The position numbers and the translations under genes are program-made. DNA of 64,000 nucleotides from Auanema rhodensis (Eukaryota > Animalia > Nematoda), in contig OZ059895.1 in NCBI GenBank assembly GCA_964057225.1, forward strand, positions 13,392,001-13,456,000, given 5' to 3'. Every line of letters begins with the position of its first letter. Positions within the stretch are counted from its first letter, which is position 1. The notes under the pieces are model-generated. The model worked only from the letters and a program-made list of their open reading frames with translations. It did no database searches and was not told where the DNA came from. Shown here piece after piece: positions 53,031 to 64,000 of this stretch.

Positions 53031-56000
53031 ATGGCTGACGCAGCGAATCAAAACCCTCCGCCGGGAAATATTGCCCAAAATGCTACGAATAGCGCAGAGA
53101 AAACTCAGACAGTGGAAGCAGCACTGCATAGAAACCAAAGAAAAAGAGGACCACCGGATGCATTCCGACCAGATGCGAAATATCCGAAAACGAACGCGAA
53201 ATCAAAGAAATTACCCCCTATTCCGGGTACACCGCTAACTGCTAAGAAACTTTATACTACTGCTATTAAAACTACTAGGCATGCAATTAGCTTGAATAAG
53301 AATAAAACATCATCCAGTAAATCTACGCCCAAACGCTCTTCTCACTCTCCAAAAACAGTTGTTAATACCGGCACTAACACTTGTCCTCCAAATCACACTT
53401 CTCCTCAACGCCTTGTTCAAACCGCAAATGCGGAAATCCTCACCTCTCCTATTCCTAGAAACTCTCCCTCTTCCACTGATCAATCTTTGCACGGGCACTC
53501 TCTGTCTCCTGTCTCTTCTTCGTCAGACAATAACGTAAATTTGACTTCGAATGTTACAGAGCAGAGAAGTCGCCCTCAAATGGCAGAGCAGATGGAGCAA
53601 GACAACTCTCCTATTGCAAGAGCCCACAACGTTTCTATTCGCCATCACAAACCTACGCTTTATGATGGATCGGTTCCATTCAACCTCTACATGCAAAGAC
53701 TAGAAGGATATTTCGATGCCCTTCAAGTCCCTATTGCCGAGAGACTTTCCCATCTCTATCTACTTCTCGGAACGGATAGAGCCGCTGAAGCTCTTCGAAC
53801 TATACCAGCAGAAGACTTACGCCAGGGATGGAACCATGTCAAACGCATACTATCGGAGAAATTACAACCTCCAGAAAAGAGAGATGCAGCATTCACAAAA
53901 CTCACTCATTTGAAACAAGGAGAGCACGAAACGGTACAAAATTTCGCTCAACGCTGCAGAAACCTTGCCTACGAATCATGCAACATGGACTCGACAGCCG
54001 ATGAAAGAATACTACGAGTTTCATTCTTAGGAGGACTACGAAAGACTTTAAGAACACATGTCAATAACCGCAGCCCTATCACCTTTGATGCAGCCGTGAC
54101 TATTGCCGAAACTGTGGAAGCTGACGAGGATCCTTCGCTCTTGGTCAACAACTTGATTAAAGACGTGGAACAACTAGAGATTAATAACGGTCTCATAAAC
54201 CACATGAGAGCATCACAACAGGAGAAAATCTATGACGGATCACAAACACACCAATCAAGAACATTCTATGGAAATCAATCAAAACCACAACAACCACAAG
54301 AGCAATGGAATCAAAGAAGAGGAGGATACCGCTCACCAAGATACCAAGAGGATCGACAAAATAACCGTCACAACTTCAGACAGGATAACCGAAACAATGG
54401 ATATCAACGAGGATACAACAACTATCGTAGCCCCCAACGGTACGATAGATACAATGATCGATACAACAGCAGAGGAAACGATCGATATGATAGCAGAAGG
54501 AATGATCGACAGGAACACAGAGGAAACGACCGATACAACCGCGGAAACTGTCCTGATCGCGGATTTCAACAACGAAATCGCAGCACTTCATATGGACCAC
54601 ATAACAGGCACAGAGATCGCACAAGAAGCCCCAGCGTCCGTTTTCACGTTAACAAAGTAGAAAAGGAAACAGTCAAAACAAAGAAGACACTTCCGTTCAT
54701 ACCGCTATTCTTATCCGTCATCGCCCTATCTATGATACCTTGCCAGGCAGATAACACCTATCAACTCTGCATTGGCAAACGAGGAGGCATTTTCCTCGAA
54801 CCACCTCGCCCAACCACCTGCTCAGACTATGCACACAAGGACGGAGTCGAGATAAAAACAGTGGAACTATTCGCAGAAAATATGAATTACAAGGAATGGG
54901 AAGCATGGAAATGCGCCAAGGAAATCTATAAAACGTGCGCCCACGACTTGTTCTTCGTCAGGGAAAATAACGTTACATTACTTCGAATAGAACCAGCCAC
55001 TCCACAAGAATGCCAAACAGCCATTCAAGAAAGACGACACATGGATAACGACCTCAATCGCGAAGCACCAGGACTATTCAAAGCCCCTATGCCATCTAAT
55101 ACACAATCAAAATCGTTTTGGGCATCCTCTTGCACAACCAAATCAAGATTTACCTTAGAAAGAGGAATGATGACTAGCCTACACGATGACACTATAATCT
55201 CCGACTTATTCATCAACACTGACGGATGCACTAAGCAACAAGGAGTATGCAACACCACCAACGCAGTTATCACATGGATCCCACCCAATGATCATCGAAA
55301 TTGCGACTACACGACATTAGGGAAATTCGAAGCACTAATCAACAATGATACTGTATTAATCTCGGAAATACAAGGAGCATTCATTCTCAAAAACAACACG
55401 CCAGACCCTACAGCTACAAGATGTATGAATACAAGCATCTACTCAACTGATAGTGGTACGTACATTTCCATCAAGGACTTAAAAACACACCGACGTCAAA
55501 AGAGGATGGCACCCCAAGAATATCCTACGAGATTCTTCAATATCACTATCTACAAATCACTTCGCCTCACAGACAGTTCTACAGGTATACTACCTATGTA
55601 CCAGACATATCGAAATAGGAAAAGACTGGACAACGCTTATAACCTTATGGAATATCTCAAGACATCTAGCGTACACATAGGTTTCATCAAATTCCTACAA
55701 CTAGATTCATCAAAACTGAAGAACCGACTCTTATGGCACAACTACACTGACATCAACATGGTTATCCTGCACACACTTGCAGAAGCTGAGATTCGACTTT
55801 CTACGAAAATTGCCATCGAACACCTACTGCCATCAGAGATCACGGCAAAACTCAGCAAGCAAATCACTATCAGCGACTTTGCCACACGTCTACTCAACTA
55901 CGAAGGCGATTATCTCGACCGAGCAAGACAAATAGCAATTGAAATAGCTCACACACCTACCACTCTGGCAACAGGAGAGACTATTCCATCAATGGAGGAC

Positions 56001-59000
56001 TATCTGTACCAACTGTACCCACCCAGGATGACAAAACTGCCTAGATCACGCACTGACACACAGTTCTACACCCAGATGGATCAAATACAGGAGTTTCTTG
56101 ATTATCTAGAGCAAAACAATCGTCTAACTCGGATATCAAAAGAACAAAGAGAGACAGAAAATAAGAAATGGGCAGATCTCACAAAACAGGCAAATTCGTC
56201 AGCAATCGTCTTTCCCAACTATACCCTCATCTTCAACGGACACGCACAAAATTATGGGTTGCCCAAAAATCAACCTACAATCAGACCTATCACGGATGAA
56301 GACAGCAAATTATTTCAACAAGCATATCTTCAGCTCATTGAGTCACCTGGTGCTAGCCCCACAACCACCACTACTACAACCACCACAACCACTACATCGA
56401 CTACCACAACAACTGCCCCGACAACCACTACTCATCGGACGTCTCCACCTCAACCTACAACTACACCAAGGAGATATTATTATTACCAGAGTACAACAAC
56501 TCCAGTAACTCCACCACCACGTCCTCTCACAACCACATCCCGCAGGGAATCTACTAGGACACTTCCAACAACTCGGACTACTACAAAGCGAGCAACAACG
56601 ACCCAACCGATTGAGGAAATCAAATCTCACACTGGATCACAAGCACACCTCAATTTCCTACGAACACGAGCTGATATCATTCAAAAATACGACGATCAAC
56701 TACGTCAACAAGATACAAGGTCCCACCTCCAATACTCTACGTCAAAACTAGAGGAGGAAATCTTACAATCTCTCCAAATAACAAAGAAAAGCGTATGCAG
56801 AATGCAAAATAAGCAGCTACTTACCTGGTGGGCTATCCTGCAGATTAATCCGACCATAGGAATTCGCACTATGCTTCGTCGACAGGATATTTCAGCAAAG
56901 TTTGTTGGAGAACATCTTATTTACGTCATGCCATGCACCCCTGTACAAGTAACACGTGTATACTCGGATCACAAACGAGACGATAAATGTTACCTGGAGA
57001 CACCGGTAGACACGGAACATCACGGAAAACTCTTCATCACACCAGGATCAAGAGATTTAACACCATTTGCCCACATCATAGCATGCGATATGGCTACATC
57101 AGATCCCTACAGAGAAAACAATCAATGGATGAAAGATAATTCAACATTGAATGTGACTAACTTCTCATTTTCGGATGAACTCACATCTGTAAAAATTGAT
57201 CACATTAAGTTTAACAATTCCAACATATTTTCAAACCTCACGGAGTCAACATTTCCAATGGCACTGGCTATTTCCTACGGCTCTAGCCTAGCATCTTTAC
57301 AAGCAACTATGCCAGGAAAATTGAAACCAGTCTTCAAACATTCTGGACTATCCAATCTGAATCCAATAGGAATTATAGGAGGAACAGTTGGAACGACATT
57401 AATGATAGCAGATAACATATCAAACAACGCGGAGAAACAAATCACAAATTTCTTTGGATACATAGGAGAATCAATTACAGCATGGATACTAAGGACACTA
57501 GCTATTATTGGAGCAATCATCGTCACAATAGGACTCATAACTGTTACCATTTGGGCATTAAAAATATATGCATGTACCACAAGGATACCAATCAATCAAA
57601 TCACATTCAACGAACAAGACGAAGAACCAAGAGGAGAGGACAAACAATTCGAATTAAAACCACTAGTCACTTCTCAGCAAGAGAAATTATATACAAGAAC
57701 CTCTCGATATGATCCTGACGCCCCACTATCAGATAATGACTTTTTCGCTTATCTACCACGGTACGCTATGAAAGAATCAAGGATTAACTACATCGGAGGA
57801 TCACGACTACCTTTCGTACCTCTCTCCATTCACAATCAGATCTTTACTGCTTTATGGGACACAGGAGCTTCTATATCATACATGAAGGAAAGTACATTTC
57901 AACAACTACCGGCAGCAACAATGGTTATGGAAAAGACAACAGCCATTGTAGCAAACAAATCACGATTTTCTTTCCTGGGCTACACAAGAATCCCAATTAT
58001 TATCGGGAAGACAGAAATCGAGCACAAAGTACTGATTTCTGCCAACAACCACTGCCCAGCACCAATATTATTAGGAATAGACTTCATAGAAGCTCTCAAC
58101 AAAATAGGAATAAATACATCTTTACGACCACTACAAAATTCACTACTAATTGGAGACACAATAGTACCTTTAGCACAAGACTACGCGCCATGGACTGAGA
58201 ACCACACGATAGCACACGTCGTAAGCCTGGAAACTAAACAGTTCTACCCAGGAGAAACCAGATCGCTTACATTGGAAGTAGACGATCCCGCCTCTTACGA
58301 ACAAGCTTTCATTAGAAGCTCACAGCGGACAGGAAAAATGAGTTTCGCCCCTACTACTTTCACCCCAACGGGATATGGAGTTCAGATATTTGCTACAAAT
58401 ATCTCTCCAGACACAATTGTAGTACAGACAAATCAAGGCATTGGAACAGCTTACGCTATCCCGAAAAACACGGAGGAGCAAAAAGGACAATATGTGCCAC
58501 CAGAAGCAAGATGGGAAGATCAACTACCATACTTCCCAGAGGACTTTATAAAAGACCTCGATGTAACAAACACCATCTTTACTCAGCTAGAGAGACAACA
58601 GTTAAAGAAAATAGTGCTCAGAAACAAGGAAGCTTTCTTAAACGAGGATCGCAATATTGGACTTTTCAAAGGACCAGTGGAACATAGCATCCCGATCATC
58701 GAAGGAAAAGTTCCATCTTTCAAGATCACGTACAGAATACCTCTATCACAACAAGAAGAAGTAGAAAAACAAGTGGAGGAAATGTTAGAACAAGGAATAA
58801 TTGAGCCATCTTTTTCTATGACTACCAGTCCCGTAATATTGGTCAAGAAAAAGGATAAAACGTACAGATTTGTGACTGATTTTCGAGCACTCAACGCAAT
58901 AACGCAAAAACAAATCTACGTTATATCTAACATTCAAGACATCTTGGACCTAGCAGCCGGAGCGCGTATCTTCAGTAACTTTGATCTAGTATCTGGATTC

Positions 59001-60914
59001 TTTCAAATCCCTCTTAGATCAGAAGATAGACACCTCACCGCATTCACTACTACGAGCGGAACTTATCAATACTGCAGAATGCCGATGGGACTCTGCGGAG
59101 CTCCACACACATTCCAAAATGCTGTACGATATTTACAACAACACGTACGATGCAAGCTCTTCGTCTATCTCGACGATCTACTTCTCATATCGGAATCAAC
59201 GACAAAACATTTACAAGATATCGACGAAGTACTGAACGCATCAGCAGAGCTAGGATTGAAAATCAAGCTTAAGAAATGTACCTTTGGACAACAAGAAGTC
59301 AAATTCCTAGGATTCATTGTTGGACACGAAGGAATAAAACCAGACCCTCAGAAAGTAAAAGCAATCCAAGATTATCCAAGACCAAAATCAATAACAGGAG
59401 TTCGAGCATTTATGGGAGTTGTGAACTACTTTCGCAGATTTATTAGAAATGCCGCAGGCATTGCGTCACCACTTTATGAGCTCACGAAAAAGGATACAGC
59501 TTTCAAATGGGGAGATGCAGAAGAACAAGCATTTCAACAACTTAAACAGATACTCTGTCAAGCTCCTGTACTACAAGCACCTATAGCAAAACGACCTTAC
59601 GTCATTGAAAGCGATGGAAGTATAATTGCAGTTGGCGCAGTACTATTACAGGCTAAAGACGACAAGGAACCACTTCACCCAATTGCATTTGCCAGCCGAA
59701 AACTGAACAAAGCCGAACGGAATTACCCGCCAATTGAAATCGAAGCCCTAGCACTCACTTTCGCAGTGCATCAATTTCGGACTTACATACTAGGCACACC
59801 AATAAGAATCATTACCGATCACAGGCCTCTTACTAGCCTCATGACAAGAAAAGATCTCATTGGCAGGCTAGCAAAATTTCAAATCGTATTACAAGAATAC
59901 GACATCGAGATAGTGTATCGCCCAGGACGTCTTAACAGCGTCTGTGATGCACTTTCACGATATTTTGAAGACGAAGTCAACGAAGCCAAGGAAAGAAAGA
60001 AGAAACCAAAAGAAACTCCTACACACAAAATCTCGACTATTTCAACTATTACGGACCTTCGGACCATTCAAGGCAATACAGAATGGATCATGGAAACAAA
60101 AGAAAAGATTCGGAACAAAACAGCAGGAAGGCAACTAATGGATCGATATATCGTTGTGAACGACGCTCTGTATGCAAAACCCAAAACAGCTTTACAAACT
60201 CCGCGAGCCATTCTACCAAACGATCCAGCAATCACAATACCAATTATAGAAAAATTTCATAAAGACCCAATTCTCGGAGCACATCTTGGAATCAATAAGA
60301 CTCAAGACTCCATTTTGCGACGGTACACTTGGACAGGAATACAGGATGATATCACAAGATATGTGAACAGATGTCTCGACTGTGCAAAAAGGAAAAATAA
60401 CCCACATGAAGCCACAGTTGAACCAATGAGAAACTTCCCAACAGTGACACATCCATGGGAACGAGTTCACATGGACATACTAGGACCATTACCTAGAACT
60501 GCAAAGGATAATAGATACATTTTATCTATACAGGACGCATTTTCCAAATGGATTATAGCGATACCATTAATTCGTCAGACATCAGAAGAAATAGTATCAG
60601 CTATTATGACACACTTATTCTATGTCTTCGGACCCCCAAAGAAAATCATCACAGACAATGGATCAAACTTTGTCTCACACGAATTCAAAAGCATGTGCGA
60701 TAATCTTGGATCGGAACATCACACAACTATGCCATACTACAAAAACGCAAATGGTCAAGTGGAACGGCTACACAGAACACTGGAAGAAGCATTAACTTCC
60801 TACGTTAATGACGATCAAGACAATTGGGATATTATTCTACCAAAAATTGTTTTTACGATGAATCGACTACCAAACGCTACTACTCGCACGGACAAACAGC
60901 TCGGTTACCAATAG
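53031..60914 (+). CDS. Gag-Env-Pol polyprotein truncated in the integrase C-terminus (2627 aa)
   Basis: Nearly identical to the A2 protein up to ...NATTRT; a 22-bp deletion at 60889/60890 shifts the frame. Confidence 0.92.
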   Translation: MADAANQNPPPGNIAQNATNSAEKTQTVEAALHRNQRKRGPPDAFRPDAKYPKTNAKSKKLPPIPGTPLTAKKLYTTAIKTTRHAISLNKNKTSSSKSTPKRSSHSPKTVVNTGTNTCPPNHTSPQRLVQTANAEILTSPIPRNSPSSTDQSLHGHSLSPVSSSSDNNVNLTSNVTEQRSRPQMAEQMEQDNSPIARAHNVSIRHHKPTLYDGSVPFNLYMQRLEGYFDALQVPIAERLSHLYLLLGTDRAAEALRTIPAEDLRQGWNHVKRILSEKLQPPEKRDAAFTKLTHLKQGEHETVQNFAQRCRNLAYESCNMDSTADERILRVSFLGGLRKTLRTHVNNRSPITFDAAVTIAETVEADEDPSLLVNNLIKDVEQLEINNGLINHMRASQQEKIYDGSQTHQSRTFYGNQSKPQQPQEQWNQRRGGYRSPRYQEDRQNNRHNFRQDNRNNGYQRGYNNYRSPQRYDRYNDRYNSRGNDRYDSRRNDRQEHRGNDRYNRGNCPDRGFQQRNRSTSYGPHNRHRDRTRSPSVRFHVNKVEKETVKTKKTLPFIPLFLSVIALSMIPCQADNTYQLCIGKRGGIFLEPPRPTTCSDYAHKDGVEIKTVELFAENMNYKEWEAWKCAKEIYKTCAHDLFFVRENNVTLLRIEPATPQECQTAIQERRHMDNDLNREAPGLFKAPMPSNTQSKSFWASSCTTKSRFTLERGMMTSLHDDTIISDLFINTDGCTKQQGVCNTTNAVITWIPPNDHRNCDYTTLGKFEALINNDTVLISEIQGAFILKNNTPDPTATRCMNTSIYSTDSGTYISIKDLKTHRRQKRMAPQEYPTRFFNITIYKSLRLTDSSTGILPMYQTYRNRKRLDNAYNLMEYLKTSSVHIGFIKFLQLDSSKLKNRLLWHNYTDINMVILHTLAEAEIRLSTKIAIEHLLPSEITAKLSKQITISDFATRLLNYEGDYLDRARQIAIEIAHTPTTLATGETIPSMEDYLYQLYPPRMTKLPRSRTDTQFYTQMDQIQEFLDYLEQNNRLTRISKEQRETENKKWADLTKQANSSAIVFPNYTLIFNGHAQNYGLPKNQPTIRPITDEDSKLFQQAYLQLIESPGASPTTTTTTTTTTTTSTTTTTAPTTTTHRTSPPQPTTTPRRYYYYQSTTTPVTPPPRPLTTTSRRESTRTLPTTRTTTKRATTTQPIEEIKSHTGSQAHLNFLRTRADIIQKYDDQLRQQDTRSHLQYSTSKLEEEILQSLQITKKSVCRMQNKQLLTWWAILQINPTIGIRTMLRRQDISAKFVGEHLIYVMPCTPVQVTRVYSDHKRDDKCYLETPVDTEHHGKLFITPGSRDLTPFAHIIACDMATSDPYRENNQWMKDNSTLNVTNFSFSDELTSVKIDHIKFNNSNIFSNLTESTFPMALAISYGSSLASLQATMPGKLKPVFKHSGLSNLNPIGIIGGTVGTTLMIADNISNNAEKQITNFFGYIGESITAWILRTLAIIGAIIVTIGLITVTIWALKIYACTTRIPINQITFNEQDEEPRGEDKQFELKPLVTSQQEKLYTRTSRYDPDAPLSDNDFFAYLPRYAMKESRINYIGGSRLPFVPLSIHNQIFTALWDTGASISYMKESTFQQLPAATMVMEKTTAIVANKSRFSFLGYTRIPIIIGKTEIEHKVLISANNHCPAPILLGIDFIEALNKIGINTSLRPLQNSLLIGDTIVPLAQDYAPWTENHTIAHVVSLETKQFYPGETRSLTLEVDDPASYEQAFIRSSQRTGKMSFAPTTFTPTGYGVQIFATNISPDTIVVQTNQGIGTAYAIPKNTEEQKGQYVPPEARWEDQLPYFPEDFIKDLDVTNTIFTQLERQQLKKIVLRNKEAFLNEDRNIGLFKGPVEHSIPIIEGKVPSFKITYRIPLSQQEEVEKQVEEMLEQGIIEPSFSMTTSPVILVKKKDKTYRFVTDFRALNAITQKQIYVISNIQDILDLAAGARIFSNFDLVSGFFQIPLRSEDRHLTAFTTTSGTYQYCRMPMGLCGAPHTFQNAVRYLQQHVRCKLFVYLDDLLLISESTTKHLQDIDEVLNASAELGLKIKLKKCTFGQQEVKFLGFIVGHEGIKPDPQKVKAIQDYPRPKSITGVRAFMGVVNYFRRFIRNAAGIASPLYELTKKDTAFKWGDAEEQAFQQLKQILCQAPVLQAPIAKRPYVIESDGSIIAVGAVLLQAKDDKEPLHPIAFASRKLNKAERNYPPIEIEALALTFAVHQFRTYILGTPIRIITDHRPLTSLMTRKDLIGRLAKFQIVLQEYDIEIVYRPGRLNSVCDALSRYFEDEVNEAKERKKKPKETPTHKISTISTITDLRTIQGNTEWIMETKEKIRNKTAGRQLMDRYIVVNDALYAKPKTALQTPRAILPNDPAITIPIIEKFHKDPILGAHLGINKTQDSILRRYTWTGIQDDITRYVNRCLDCAKRKNNPHEATVEPMRNFPTVTHPWERVHMDILGPLPRTAKDNRYILSIQDAFSKWIIAIPLIRQTSEEIVSAIMTHLFYVFGPPKKIITDNGSNFVSHEFKSMCDNLGSEHHTTMPYYKNANGQVERLHRTLEEALTSYVNDDQDNWDIILPKIVFTMNRLPNATTRTDKQLGYQ

Positions 60915-61849
60915 ATAAGGACTTAGAAACTCCAGGAGCCACAATCAAGAACGCCCCGGACTTACACAAGAAGATTCATGAAAGGATAGAGTTGAATAAT
61001 GAAAGAATGAAGAAGAAATACGACGAAAATCACAGGACGCAGGAAAGAGAGATCTTCGTGGAAAATAGAGCACTCGTCAAGCGAGCAAAGCCAGCAAATA
61101 AATTACAAACAACAAGCGATGGACCATATATAATCAAGGAAATAAAAGGAAATAACGTAATATTAGCAGATAGCGAAGGGAATACGATTATAGCTCACAA
61201 GAATAATATAAGATACTTTCCACCCGACGATAACAACGTCGAAGAAAGCGAGCACAACAGAAACGACTCCACACCCGCCATTTATAGCGACGGCTCACAG
61301 CAGGATACGGAAAATACGCGCGCTAAAAATAGCACGCCCACCGCAACATCAATCTCTGATTCAGAAAGCGACAACGAGGACGAATTCTACGAACAAAGCC
61401 GACCTTCAATAACACCACAAGAAACAATAGCACCACAGGAAATTATGCGGGAAACACAACAGGACAATTACCAAGCAGAAACCGGACCGAATACGACAGA
61501 CAAGTCAGCTACGGACAAGGACGAAAACAACTTATTTCAACAACTTGTCGATAAAATTGGAGAAGAAACAAGGCAAGAGGTCTATGAAGAAAGACGTAAA
61601 GAGATACCCACAACCAAAAGATGGAGCTCAGCCCTCAAGTTGGCACTTGGAATAGAAGACAAAAATCCTATAACCGCTCCAAAACCATTCCACGTACCAA
61701 TAAGGTACAACAGCGTGATACCCACCTTAGAGTCTAAAAACAGGCTCACACGCTCTCAGATACCTGATGCTCATTTCAATTCTCCAAAAACACCGGTTAT
61801 ACGAAAGAAACGACCTTCAACAGTGATTGGAGCAACAACAACCATTTAA
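60890..61849 (+). pseudogene. Out-of-frame integrase C-terminal region of A3
   Basis: Translates as GQTARLPID...GATTTI, the same as the A2 C-terminus. Confidence 0.9.
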
Positions 61850-62076
61850 TCAAAAATAGAAATTTTTTTTTTCTTGGGAAAATAACTTTATTAATTAATT
61901 TTTTTTATTAATGTACAATAATTCATTCTATCTGCTACCCAAACAACAAAAAACAATGTTTTCCCCAATCATCAATCTTAATATCTATGTATCACAAAAT
62001 ATATACTTACCTATTTTTTTCACCCTATATAAGCTCAAAATTCACCTCAAGCAGAAAAACTCCCAGCACCACAAGA

Positions 62077-62712
62077 ATGGCACTCGTCTTCCCTCCACCA
62101 GCCTGCGAGACACCTATCGCGATGATCAAGGAAAAGTGGATCAAAATACATTCGCTCCAGTTAGAACTACAACAACTGGAGACAACAAACAACAGGACTA
62201 AAAAGATAAGAATCCTCCAATCATTTTCGGAGAATTTAGCCAGAGTTACTCTATTAATAGAGACTCTGGAAAGGTTACAATGTTCATGTAACAATGATGA
62301 AGAAGAGCTGGCCAAAATGGCGCAAAACTGGTCCGAGGCCACTGCCCGCACCAAGGCCACCATCAACAAACTACGCGAAGAACTAGGCTATCCAGCCTCC
62401 GAAAATGTAGCTAGCGCGGATCTCATCCCAAGATGGGCCGCGGAAGAGATCCACAAGAGCTGGACAGAAGAAAGTATGATGGAATCGACTAACCAGTCGA
62501 TTAGGAAGGCGGGAGACCTGATCAGCCAGGCCTTAAGGATACTAATGGCGACGCGCGCCACCACTCCGGACCAGAAAAGAAAGAAAATGATGATAGCAGG
62601 CCAGGCGACGGAACTGCTGACAGACGTCAGCCTGTTCCACATATGGACGGTCGCCGACCGGCAACCCGCGACTGACTTCCAGCTGGGACAAATCGAGGAG
62701 GAAGAAGGATAA
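62077..62712 (+). CDS. Accessory ORF2 of family A (211 aa)
   Basis: Counterpart of 27702-28337; the longer 61987 start exists only through a homopolymer length difference. Confidence 0.75.
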   Translation: MALVFPPPACETPIAMIKEKWIKIHSLQLELQQLETTNNRTKKIRILQSFSENLARVTLLIETLERLQCSCNNDEEELAKMAQNWSEATARTKATINKLREELGYPASENVASADLIPRWAAEEIHKSWTEESMMESTNQSIRKAGDLISQALRILMATRATTPDQKRKKMMIAGQATELLTDVSLFHIWTVADRQPATDFQLGQIEEEEG

Positions 62713-62949
62713 CAGCTGCACGAGGTGAATTCAGAGTTTTTCTTCTCTTTTCTTCTCTTTTCTTTTCTTTTCTTTTTCTTTTTATATTGTTTTCATTTTT
62801 TTTTTATATTATTCCTATTACACTATTATTCCTATTCTAGTATTCCAATTCTAATTCATTTATATATATATTTTTTTCTCTTTTGTTTCTTTTCCTAAAA
62901 AGGTCTAATTTCTTATAGCTGAGGTCAGCTACTTTTTCAATATAAGGCA

Positions 62950-63288
62950 TGTTCCATACGTGTCTTATAAAGAAGGCGGTTGACAACGTCAACCGACTTT
63001 TGGTTAATGGAATTCAATAAGAAACTAGACCTGAACTACTTTTTGTATAAATTCAATTATATTTGTAATTAATATTTTGCTATATAAACCCCTGAGAAAG
63101 CAACTAGGTTGGCTTTCTCATAACATGTAGTTTCATTTATTTGATTATTGTATTTTGCTTTTATAGTTGTATTTCCATATTCTGAATAAACTTCTTTTTC
63201 TCTACTCTCTGTTACTTTTACAATGGCATTCACACTATTAAAGTCCATATGGTTACCTAGCCGGAACCCTAGGAACCAATATGGAACG
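62950..63288 (+). repeat. Family A 3' LTR (A3)
   Basis: Direct repeat of 51550-51888. Confidence 0.95.
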
Positions 63289-63358
63289 CTAACATGAAAT
63301 TGGAAAAAAAAACAATAACGAGGATAAGTATGTAAATCATTGAATATCAGGTATTTTC

Positions 63359-63477
63359 GCTTACGACCATACCACGTTGAAAGTACGCCATCCCGTCCGA
63401 TCTGGCAAGTCAAGCAACGTTGGGCCCGGTTAGTACTTGGATCGGAGACGGCTTGGGAATCCCGGGTGCCGTAAGCT
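63359..63477 (+). rRNA. 5S rRNA (A3 inserted 67-70 bp upstream)
   Basis: Array copy, plus strand. Confidence 0.95.
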
Positions 63478-63887
63478 TTTCAAATTTTTTTAACGATCAT
63501 ACCACGTTGAAAGTACGCCATGCAGCTGATTTTCAATTTTATCTCTTCAGTAACAAATGTTTTTAATTTTCCAGCAGTTTTACTTAGATAGCTCAACCCG
63601 AGGCATCAAAATATCTTCAATCTTATTTCTATATTACAGTTATAAACCAGTAGTTTATGAACCTTCATCTTAACTTTACTGTTTCTATCTATTTCCTATT
63701 GAAACAAACATTGTTTTAACACTATACAACTGTGAAACCTTTTTTAATTTATTGTATTTGGAGCTCATAAGATTTGATATCATCGAGGAATTTAGATGTA
63801 ACGTAGAAAATTACATAACTAACATGAAATTGGAAAAAAAACAATAACGAGGATAAGTATGTAAATCATTGAATATCAGGTATTTTC

Positions 63888-64000
63888 GCTTACGACCATA
63901 CCACGTTGAAAGTACGCCATCCCGTCCGATCTGGCAAGTCAAGCAACGTTGGGCCCGGTTAGTACTTGGATCGGAGACGGCTTGGGAATCCCGGGTGCCG
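63888..64000 (+). rRNA. 5S rRNA (3' end cut by the window edge)
   Basis: Array copy, plus strand. Confidence 0.93.

Larger units (their letters stand above)
51550..63288 (+). mobile_element. Family A LTR retroelement copy A3 (11739 bp), TSD CTAA, integrase frameshifted
   Basis: LTRs 51550-51888 and 62950-63288, PBS 51889-51909; flanks CATAA[CTAA]|element|[CTAA]CATG. Confidence 0.96.

Noticed and set aside
60824-61849. Separate 341-aa gene or programmed frameshift
   Set aside because: Explained by a 22-bp deletion relative to the intact A2 copy

Overview
AT-rich eukaryotic DNA, very likely nematode (nematode-type 5S sequence, 45-nt intron). The window is a tandem 5S rDNA array (~529-bp unit; 39 complete genes, one cut by the window edge, one unit with the gene deleted) invaded by two related families of young Ty3/gypsy-type LTR retroelements. 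Family A has a partial copy at 1-6581, complete copies at 27139-38855 and 51550-63288, and a solo LTR at 49300-49638 sitting on an inversion breakpoint of the array. Family B has one complete copy at 6887-18959. Both families encode a single ~2900-aa ORF in the unusual order Gag - internal signal peptide - herpesvirus gB-like (class III) envelope glycoprotein with furin site, mucin-like stalk and TM - protease - RT - RNase H - integrase, so Env lies in frame between Gag and Pol. Both are primed by tRNA-Gln, make 4-bp TSDs and have non-canonical CG LTR ends. All four family-A junctions lie 54-70 bp upstream of a 5S gene in the same orientation as it, which suggests Pol III/5S-targeted integration. 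Family A carries an extra 211-aa ORF after pol. Family B carries a predicted intron-containing antisense gene in its 5' leader. All calls come from reading the sequence; no database searches were run.
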